Source: an uncultured Opitutales bacterium
GTDB taxonomy: Bacteria; Verrucomicrobiota; Verrucomicrobiia; Opitutales; Intestinicryptomonadaceae
Direction: 5' to 3'
Length of the DNA: 32,000 nt
NCBI GenBank assembly: GCA_934660865.1
Contig: CAKUIA010000017.1
Location: 30,303-62,302, forward strand
This document shows positions 17,914-24,468 of this stretch, in pieces. Within the stretch, counting starts at the first letter, position 1, and every line of letters starts with the position of its first letter. The position numbers were made by a program, and so were the translations under genes. The notes under the pieces were generated by a model. That model did not search any database. It was not told the origin of the DNA and saw nothing but the letters and a program-made list of their open reading frames with translations.

Positions 17914-18165
17914 TTAGTAATCTTCTATCGAGATTGCGCCCCACAAGAACTGTGTTCTGTTGCCGGAGGGCAATTCCATACCGTAAACCTCGTCGGACCT
18001 GATAATGTCGGAAGTGTCTTTAGTTACCTCGTAGCATGCGGGTTCGAAAGTAAAGATACCCAAAACCGTTGTTTTGTTGTGTGCTACCTGATCGTTAGAC
18101 GAGCAAGCCGACATTAAGCCGGAGATTAGTACTGCGGATAATAAAAATAAATTACGAAGTTTCAT
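17914..18165 (-). CDS. small hypothetical lipoprotein
   Basis: 83-aa ORF with the signal plus lipobox MKLRNLFLLSAVLISGLMSA|C. No recognised family. Confidence 0.6.
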   Translation of the reverse strand: MKLRNLFLLSAVLISGLMSACSSNDQVAHNKTTVLGIFTFEPACYEVTKDTSDIIRSDEVYGMELPSGNRTQFLWGAISIEDY

Positions 18166-18314
18166 ATACGAACTACTCTAGCATATTGTTTTTATAAATC
18201 AACTCTTTTTTGATAAATTTTTACAAAATTATTAACTTGAACAATAGCAAAGCAAATCGCATAATAAACGCCTAGTTATATTTCACACGTAAATTATAAA
18301 TATCGAAAGTATAT

Positions 18315-19250
18315 ATGAACAGACGAAACTTCGTAAAAACGGCGGTTTTGGGGGCATCTGTGTTCGGTGCCGCAAAAACTTTTGCCGACGACAAACCCAA
18401 CGCAAAAAAATTCAACGTTAAATTCGCCCCACACTTCGGGCAGTTCGACGCAAGCGCGGGCAAAGACCCAGTAGACAAAATAAAGTTCTTTGCCGACTGC
18501 GGCTTTACCGCTTTTGAAGACAACGGAATGATGAAACGCCCCGTTGCCGTGCAGGAAGCCATTACAAAGGAAAGGGAACGCCTCGGAATGGATATGGGCA
18601 TATTTTTGGCGTATGCAAACTTTAAAAGCCCGCTGATGATTTCGAACAGGTTTGAATTGAAAGACCGCAACGAAGACAAAAAAGGCGTAAGGGAATTTCT
18701 TAAAAAGCAAATGCAAGACGCCGTAGAGTGTTCCAAGCGCGTACACACAAAGCTTTGCACGGTAGTTCCCGGCTGTTTCGACGAGCGTTTAGACTATGGC
18801 TACCAGTTTGCAAACGTTATGGACAACCTTAAGTTTTGCTCGGAAATTTGCGAAAAGGCGGGTTTGGTTATGGTGCTGGAACCCCTTAACCCCAAAAACC
18901 ACCCCAATTTGTGGCTAAAAACCATAAACCAGGCATATGCCCTGTGCAAAGCGGTAAACAGCCCGTCTTGCAAAATTTTGTTCGATATCTACCACCAGCA
19001 GATAACCGAGGGCAATATCATTTACAATATAAAACAGGCCTGGAGCGAAATAGGCTACTACCAGATGGGTGAAGTTCCCGGCCGCAAAGAGCCCTGCGAC
19101 GGCGAAATAAACTACAAGAACATCTTTAAGGTGTTAAAGGAAAACGGCTATAACGGTGTTATAGGCATGGAACACGGCCAAAAAGCCAATACAAAGGAAG
19201 GCGACCAACACCTTATAGACAGCTACAAAGCCATAGATTTAGACGCCTAG
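18315..19250 (+). CDS. hydroxypyruvate-isomerase-like sugar-phosphate isomerase/epimerase (xylose-isomerase-like TIM barrel) with Tat signal
   Basis: The N-terminal twin-arginine motif is MNRRNFVKTAVLGASVFGAAKTFA. The C-terminal blocks LEPLNPKNHPN, ILFDIYHQQITEGN, YYQMGEVPGRKEPCDGEINY and GYNGVIGMEH match the Hyi-family pattern iEplN..d.p...l.fDiYH.Q...G......H.Q.a..PgR.EP..GEiny...GY.G.iG.E. Confidence 0.8.
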   Translation: MNRRNFVKTAVLGASVFGAAKTFADDKPNAKKFNVKFAPHFGQFDASAGKDPVDKIKFFADCGFTAFEDNGMMKRPVAVQEAITKERERLGMDMGIFLAYANFKSPLMISNRFELKDRNEDKKGVREFLKKQMQDAVECSKRVHTKLCTVVPGCFDERLDYGYQFANVMDNLKFCSEICEKAGLVMVLEPLNPKNHPNLWLKTINQAYALCKAVNSPSCKILFDIYHQQITEGNIIYNIKQAWSEIGYYQMGEVPGRKEPCDGEINYKNIFKVLKENGYNGVIGMEHGQKANTKEGDQHLIDSYKAIDLDA

Positions 19251-19280
19251 TTTTCGGCAAAAATATATAGCTAAAATACA

Positions 19281-19310
19281 AAAAAGAGCTTTTAAAAAGG
19301 CTCTTTTTTT
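19281..19310 (+). terminator. intrinsic terminator
   Basis: aaaaagagcttttaaaaaggctcttttttt forms the stem agagctttt / aaaag(g)ctct with one bulge, followed by a 7-T run, 31 nt after the stop at 19250. Confidence 0.6.
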
Positions 19311-19326
19311 GTAAGTATCGCCCGCA

Positions 19327-20127
19327 ATGAAAATAATGTGCGCACAAATAGACGTAAAACAGGCCGCCTTTGCCGAAAATCTGCAAAGGGCAAACGAATG
19401 TTGCGCAAGCGCACACGCAAACAACTGCGATTTGGTTGTTCTGCCCGAAATGTTTACGGGCGGTTTTAACTATGCAAAAAACAGGGCGTTTTTGCGCGAA
19501 AATGCGGATTTTTTTAAAAAGAGCCTGGGCGAAATCGCAAAAAACAATTCCGTTGCCGTTTGCGGCTCTATGCCCGCATTGGCAAACGGCGATTGCGTAA
19601 AAAACAGGCTGCATTTTTTCGACAAAACGGGCTTTGAACTTTGCGCCTACGACAAAATGCACCTGTTTAGCCCCTTTCACGAAGACAAATACATAAGCAG
19701 GGGAACTGCCCCCGTTATTTTAAACGGTTTTTGCGGCTTTAACATAGGGCTTGCAGTTTGCTACGATTTGCGCTTTCCAGAACTTTTCAGGCAAATGGCG
19801 TTTGCGGGGGCAAATATGTTTATTGTTGTAGCCGCCTGGCCGCACCCGAGGCTTGGGCATTTTACTACATTGTGCAGGGCGCGCGCCATAGAAAACCAGG
19901 CATATATGGTTGCGGTAAACCAGTCGGGCACCGAGAATTTCGGCTCTAAAAGCGCAAAATATTTCGGGCTAAGCCAAATTATAGACCCGTGGGGCGAAGT
20001 TCTCGCCTGCGCAAAACAGGACGCACCCGACAATGTTTGCGCCGAAGTTTTCCCCGAAACGGCAACCGAAGTGCGCGAAAAAATACCCGCCTTTAAAGAC
20101 GCATATTTCTACAAAAATTGTAGATAA
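19327..20127 (+). CDS. carbon-nitrogen hydrolase (nitrilase superfamily, omega-amidase-like)
   Basis: The catalytic E-K-C triad sits in its usual contexts: VVLPEMF, YDKMHLF, LAVCYDLRFPE. Confidence 0.85.
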   Translation: MKIMCAQIDVKQAAFAENLQRANECCASAHANNCDLVVLPEMFTGGFNYAKNRAFLRENADFFKKSLGEIAKNNSVAVCGSMPALANGDCVKNRLHFFDKTGFELCAYDKMHLFSPFHEDKYISRGTAPVILNGFCGFNIGLAVCYDLRFPELFRQMAFAGANMFIVVAAWPHPRLGHFTTLCRARAIENQAYMVAVNQSGTENFGSKSAKYFGLSQIIDPWGEVLACAKQDAPDNVCAEVFPETATEVREKIPAFKDAYFYKNCR

Positions 20128-20185
20128 AGACGGCGCATATTGTCGAATTGCATAAAGGCTGCATTGCAGCGCAAATTCCGCATTT

Positions 20186-20674
20186 CTATTCTTTTGCGGA
20201 GGCTTTTTCGGGCAAAATAACCTTCGCTTTTGCCGAAAATTCCACATAGCCGCATACATGCGAATTGCCCGAAATTTCGCTTGTTGTTTTTGTGTCGTAC
20301 AAATTGCTGTAGTACTGCGTGCTTTGCGTTGCGTTTTCGGCGTTTTCGTTGGCGCAGGCCGAGCTTGCATAAAACATTGCAATGCTTGTAAGCATAAGCG
20401 AAAACACGGCGGCCCACTCCAGCGCAACCTGCTTTGGGTTTTCCTTTTTTGCCTTTTCGGGCAAAACCCCCTCTACAGGCAGCGGCGCAAACTTTGGTTT
20501 TTTTCCGTATATTTTGCACGACGCCATATATATTCGGCAATTTTCGTAAAATATGTTGGCAAATTCGGGGTTTTCCCTTATCGCCGACACCAAAAGGCGA
20601 AGCTCCTCGCAGGTAGCTTCGCCGTCTAGGTAAGAGCTTACAATCTCCTGAAACCTGTTTTTAGAAAGCGCCAT
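20186..20674 (-). CDS. anti-sigma factor (single-pass membrane protein)
   Basis: It begins 2 nt after the ECF sigma stop (TAGGAATG). The N-terminus FQEIVSSYLDGEATCEELRLL resembles anti-sigma N-terminal helices. It has one TM helix (ALEWAAVFSLMLTSIAMFYA) and a short ~60-aa extracytoplasmic tail. Confidence 0.6.
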   Translation of the reverse strand: MALSKNRFQEIVSSYLDGEATCEELRLLVSAIRENPEFANIFYENCRIYMASCKIYGKKPKFAPLPVEGVLPEKAKKENPKQVALEWAAVFSLMLTSIAMFYASSACANENAENATQSTQYYSNLYDTKTTSEISGNSHVCGYVEFSAKAKVILPEKASAKE

Positions 20675-20676
20675 TC

Positions 20677-21255
20677 CTATTTTTCGGCGTTAAGCTTTTC
20701 CCTTAAAAAGTCTCTTGCGCGCGACAATCTGCTTTTTACGGTGCCAACCCCTATGTTCAGTTTTTCGGCAATCTCTTCGTACGAAAGGTCGTCTTCGTTC
20801 CTAAGTTTTAAAACCTGGGCGTAAATTTCGGGCATTTGCGCCATTGCCCTGGGCAAAAACTCTTCAAGCTCGTTGGTAATGTTGGCCTCGCTGGGAGTTT
20901 GCATTTCGCATTTAATAACATCGCCAAAGGTTATGCTTGCGCCATCGTCGCCCAAAACGGGCTCTTCAAACGAAACGCTTGCGTGCCTTTTTCTGCGCCA
21001 CCAATACCAGCTTTTATTTTTGGCCAAATTAGTGGCAATGCGGTACAGCCAGGTAGACAAAGCGCAGTCGCCCCTAAAATTCGAGATTGAATTTCGGGCT
21101 TTAATAAAGGTGTCTTGGGCAACTTCCTCGGCGTCCTGCCTGTTGTTTAGTATTTTGTTTGCCTGATTTAACACCATAGCGTAGTTGTCCGAAACAAGCT
21201 TTCCGAAAGCCTTTTCGTCTCCGCAACGCAATTTAGTAAGTACTGTATCTTCCAT
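20677..21255 (-). CDS. ECF-type RNA polymerase sigma-70 family factor
   Basis: Region 2 is DAEEVAQDTFIKARNSISNFRGDCALSTWLYRIATNLAKN. Region 4 HTH is LSYEEIAEKLNIGVGTVKSRLSRARDFLREKL. Confidence 0.9.
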   Translation of the reverse strand: MEDTVLTKLRCGDEKAFGKLVSDNYAMVLNQANKILNNRQDAEEVAQDTFIKARNSISNFRGDCALSTWLYRIATNLAKNKSWYWWRRKRHASVSFEEPVLGDDGASITFGDVIKCEMQTPSEANITNELEEFLPRAMAQMPEIYAQVLKLRNEDDLSYEEIAEKLNIGVGTVKSRLSRARDFLREKLNAEK

Positions 21256-21312
21256 ATATCTTTGTTATGCGGTTATCATAGCACTTAAGCTGACAACCCG
21301 TCAATAGTTTTT

Positions 21313-21337
21313 GGACAATTTATTTTCGTATTTGTTC
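21313..21337 (-). promoter_or_regulatory. candidate autoregulated ECF-type promoter upstream of the sigma gene
   Basis: The minus strand reads TCGAAC-N17-GTCCAA (GAAC at 21337-21334, GTCC at 21316-21313), about 58 nt upstream of the sigma ATG. It resembles the generic ECF GAAC...(C)GTC architecture. This is pattern only. Confidence 0.25.
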
Positions 21338-21411
21338 GAAATAATTTGCGTTTTCTATTGTAATTAATCTCTCAAATAGTTTAAATTGCTTCGAAATATA
21401 TCGCATGTAGT

Positions 21412-23151
21412 ATGAAATTTTTTGGAAACTCAAAGAAATCAATCGGAAGAAAAGCCGTTTTGTTAAACTGCATAAACGGGCAAATTTCGCAGGCGGACGA
21501 ATTTCCCGCAAAAATAGGCGATTCGGAAAATTGCGCGCTAAAGGCAAACGAAGTGTTCGAAGCCCTGGAGCTTTCCTGCGGGCAATCGGAGGGCTTTACA
21601 TTAGGCAGGTGCTCCGACGACAGCGTTCTTATAAATTCAAAAGTTCCCGAAACCGAAACGGTTGTGGAAAACGGCGAATGTACAATACAGTTTTCAAACG
21701 GCCTGTATATGCTATTTTGCGGCGAAAACGCCCTTAAAAAAGCGCAAAACATAGATTTGTCGCGCTGGTTTTTGTTCGACGCAATAAACGGCCGAATAGA
21801 AGACGAAGTTCCCTTTGTTTCGCTTAAAAACTCGGTTGTAAAGCGCGGGCTAACGGGCGCAGGCTTGGCCATAGCCCCCAAGGGGGCCGATTTGGGCTTT
21901 TTCTATTCGCAGGTATTTAACGAAGGCAGCGCCGATGTAGCTTTAGACGTTGCCCCCGTTTCGTACAACTCGCATGCGATAACCTGCCCCATGTGCTATT
22001 TAAGCTTCGACATAGGCGACGCGCTAAGCATAGCCTCGCACGAAAGCCTTAGGGGCGACACCGTTTTAGGCCCCGACGAAATGCTTAGGTTTTTACCCGT
22101 TTCGTTCAACGAGCACGGCATTGCCCTAGACCCTATGGGGCTGCCCGCCCCCGACATTGCGTGTCCGCACTGCCGCAAAAAACTGCCGTCGGGCTTTTTG
22201 GATTTAGACGCAAAAATATTTTCGATTGTAGGCGCGCCAAGTTCGGGCAAGTCGTATTATTTAAGCGTGCTTATTAAAGAGCTTAAAGACGTTTTGGCCC
22301 AGCGTTTCGGCGTAAGCTTTAAAGACCTAGACCCTAGCGGCAATATGATGCTTACATTGATGAAAAACAAGCTCTTTTCGGCCACAACAAGCACCGACGC
22401 AATACTGGCAAAGACTGCTTTTGAAGGCGCAATGTACGAAAAATACCCGCGCTTCGGCAAAATGGTGGCTTTGCCAAAACCGCTAACCTACTCTATTTCA
22501 AACGAAAAGATTTCCGACAAAGCCCTTGTGTTCTACGACAATGCAGGCGAGCATTTCGAGCCCGGCATAGATTTGGAGGACTCGCCGGGGGCAATGCACG
22601 TTGCAAGCAGCGCCGCAATATTCTTTCTTTTCGACCCGGCCTCGAACAGGGGCTTTAAGGAAAAGCTGCGCGACCACCCCGACCCACAGCTTAAAATCAA
22701 GGGCCGCGTAGACCAGCAAGACACCATTATGTCGGAAATGGAAGTTCGCATTAAGCGAATTTCGGGAATGGAATCGGCCGCAAAAATAAAGAAGCCGCTT
22801 GCCGTTATAATAAACAAATTCGACATTTACAAAGACCTTTTAGACGGGCCTTTGCAAGACTACTATAAAGACGGTGCGCTGGACCTTTCGGCGGTAAAAA
22901 ACAACAGCGATAAGATAAGAAAATTTATGATGGCAACCGAGCCTTCAATAGTGTCTACCGCCGAGTCGCTTTCCGAAAACACAATGTTCTTTGCCGTAAG
23001 CCCGCTTGGGCATACCCCCATAAAGATAGAAAGCGGCGAATGCGCGGGCATGATTGCCCCCGACATAGAAAAGCTAAACCCGATGTATGTGGAAGTTCCC
23101 ACAATTTGGGCGATAAGCCAAACAATAGACGGGCTAATTAAAACCGTATAG
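21412..23151 (+). CDS. P-loop GTPase with N-terminal uncharacterised region and split zinc ribbon
   Basis: 579-aa ORF. It has two CxxC pairs, CPMC (21985-21996) and CPHC (22162-22173). After them come G1/Walker A GAPSSGKS (22231-22254), G3 DNAG (22537-22548), G4 NKFD (22813-22824) and a G5-like FAVSPLG. The first ~190 aa match no family I recognise. Confidence 0.75.
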   Translation: MKFFGNSKKSIGRKAVLLNCINGQISQADEFPAKIGDSENCALKANEVFEALELSCGQSEGFTLGRCSDDSVLINSKVPETETVVENGECTIQFSNGLYMLFCGENALKKAQNIDLSRWFLFDAINGRIEDEVPFVSLKNSVVKRGLTGAGLAIAPKGADLGFFYSQVFNEGSADVALDVAPVSYNSHAITCPMCYLSFDIGDALSIASHESLRGDTVLGPDEMLRFLPVSFNEHGIALDPMGLPAPDIACPHCRKKLPSGFLDLDAKIFSIVGAPSSGKSYYLSVLIKELKDVLAQRFGVSFKDLDPSGNMMLTLMKNKLFSATTSTDAILAKTAFEGAMYEKYPRFGKMVALPKPLTYSISNEKISDKALVFYDNAGEHFEPGIDLEDSPGAMHVASSAAIFFLFDPASNRGFKEKLRDHPDPQLKIKGRVDQQDTIMSEMEVRIKRISGMESAAKIKKPLAVIINKFDIYKDLLDGPLQDYYKDGALDLSAVKNNSDKIRKFMMATEPSIVSTAESLSENTMFFAVSPLGHTPIKIESGECAGMIAPDIEKLNPMYVEVPTIWAISQTIDGLIKTV

Positions 23152-23160
23152 GGCAAAACA

Positions 23161-24465
23161 ATGGCATACGAATTGATTTACACAAGTTTGCCCTCGGGCA
23201 TTATGGCGGGTCGCTCGGGCTTTTGCGTTGCAGCCTACACCGAAAATATGCCCGAAAGGCTGGTTTTAATGGTCGAAAAATTCAGCAATTTCGACCATTG
23301 CGGCATTTCCGAAAAATATTCGCTAAACAAGCTTTGCCATTCCAATATAGACTATTATGTGCTAACGCGTTCGGCCGATTGCGGCAAAGACTATACGGGG
23401 CGCACAAACTTCATTTCGCACCATTTGGTTTTGTCGGCAAACGAAATCGCAAAATATCCGAACCCAGCCGACATTCTTTTGCACTACAACTGGCTAAATT
23501 CCTACACAAAAGCCCCGCAAAAAATAAAGGAGCCGCCCGATTTGTCGAAAATACCGTTCGAAAAGCACGTTCCCTGCAAAACTTGGGGCGAAATTTTTAA
23601 AGACGCAGGCGTTGCGGCTTTCCCCCGCATAAAGGACGATTGCGAAATATACGCTTCAAAGCAGTTCTCCCAAAAAACCATACTAAAGCTTTTTGCCGAA
23701 TCTTTGGCGCTAACGGTAAACGGCAAATCGGCGTGGAGCTACACGTTTACAACGGCTTTGGGCTCAAGCGAGGTTGCGTTGTCGTATAAATGGAAAGTTT
23801 TCGCTAACCGTTCAAAAGATTCGAGAAACCCGAACGCCATAGATTTGGATTTGCAAAAAGCCCCCTCTTTTGCCGAATGCAGGCTAAGCGAATATGCAAG
23901 AAGCGGCGTTTTAACCAAAGCCGAAGCCCTGTCGCTTACCGCCGCAAAACCGAAAAAAGCCAACACCAAATTTACGGTTGTAAACACAAAGCCCGAACGC
24001 ACATTCCAGCCTATATATGTATATTCGGTTGTAATCGCCATATTGTGCTCGCTAATTGTTGTTTTGGCCTTTTCGCTGCTGGGCGGCAACAATGCCGACG
24101 AATACGAAGACTACCCCGAATACGGCGGCGAATCTTTTGCGCAAATAGCAAAAAGGATAGACAACGCCATTGCCCGCAACGACTATTCTTCGGCCTCGGC
24201 AATTTGGTTCGGCTACGAAAACAGGGAAATCAGAAAAGACTACATATCCTTTGTAAATTCGAAAATAAGAAACTCGATAGCCGAAAACTTGCGGGATTTT
24301 GAAAACGCGCTAAATAGTTCCGACACTATAAGCCAAAAACAGGTAGAGAAAATGACAAAAGCGTGCTCAAACGCCGAAAAATACCTCGAAAAGAGCGACT
24401 TTCCCGACAAAAAATCGCTTTTAAAACGCACAAAACGCCTGCTAGAGCAACTTTCGAAAGAATAA
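23161..24465 (+). CDS. single-pass membrane protein with GAP1-N-like (GTPase-associated protein) N-terminal domain
   Basis: 434-aa ORF starting 9 nt after the GTPase stop. The N-terminus MAYELIYTSLPSGIMAGRSGFCVAAYTENMP resembles the (Q/E)L-x-YTS...G-x-x-G-x-(A/S)GF-x-(V/I)-x-A-x-(S/T)-x-x-(M/I)P opening I recall for GTPase-associated protein 1 N-domains. One TM helix lies at ~24013-24087 (IYVYSVVIAILCSLIVVLAFSLLGG), followed by a ~115-aa helical tail. Confidence 0.4.
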   Translation: MAYELIYTSLPSGIMAGRSGFCVAAYTENMPERLVLMVEKFSNFDHCGISEKYSLNKLCHSNIDYYVLTRSADCGKDYTGRTNFISHHLVLSANEIAKYPNPADILLHYNWLNSYTKAPQKIKEPPDLSKIPFEKHVPCKTWGEIFKDAGVAAFPRIKDDCEIYASKQFSQKTILKLFAESLALTVNGKSAWSYTFTTALGSSEVALSYKWKVFANRSKDSRNPNAIDLDLQKAPSFAECRLSEYARSGVLTKAEALSLTAAKPKKANTKFTVVNTKPERTFQPIYVYSVVIAILCSLIVVLAFSLLGGNNADEYEDYPEYGGESFAQIAKRIDNAIARNDYSSASAIWFGYENREIRKDYISFVNSKIRNSIAENLRDFENALNSSDTISQKQVEKMTKACSNAEKYLEKSDFPDKKSLLKRTKRLLEQLSKE

Positions 24466-24468
24466 TTT

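Noticed and set aside
18041-18049. ggttcgaaa, a tRNA T-loop-like motif
   Set aside because: No complementary T-stem, acceptor stem or anticodon arm surrounds it, and it lies inside the small lipoprotein ORF. I saw no convincing tRNA, rRNA or riboswitch elsewhere in the window.
18272-18760. Two overlapping minus-strand ORFs (162 and 150 aa) opposite the Hyi-like gene
   Set aside because: The plus-strand gene has a Tat signal and conserved Hyi blocks, so the antisense ORFs are shadows.
19969-20540. 152-aa and 143-aa minus-strand ORFs spanning the convergent junction of the C-N hydrolase and anti-sigma genes
   Set aside because: They are highly basic, Cys/Arg-rich junk-like sequence that overlaps two better-supported genes in other frames.
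21412-21750. FHA-like reading of the GTPase N-terminus (AKIGDSENC...SVLINSKV...NGECTIQF)
   Set aside because: The diagnostic FHA residues (G-R, S-x-x-H, N-G) are not present, so the resemblance is only in beta-strand rhythm. I left it as an uncharacterised N-region.
21381-21881. 166-aa minus-strand ORF overlapping the 5' end of the GTPase gene and part of the divergent control region
   Set aside because: It is antisense to the operon's first gene, has no recognisable motif, and is S/F-rich in a way typical of a shadow frame. It would also leave the downstream tightly coupled genes without a first cistron.
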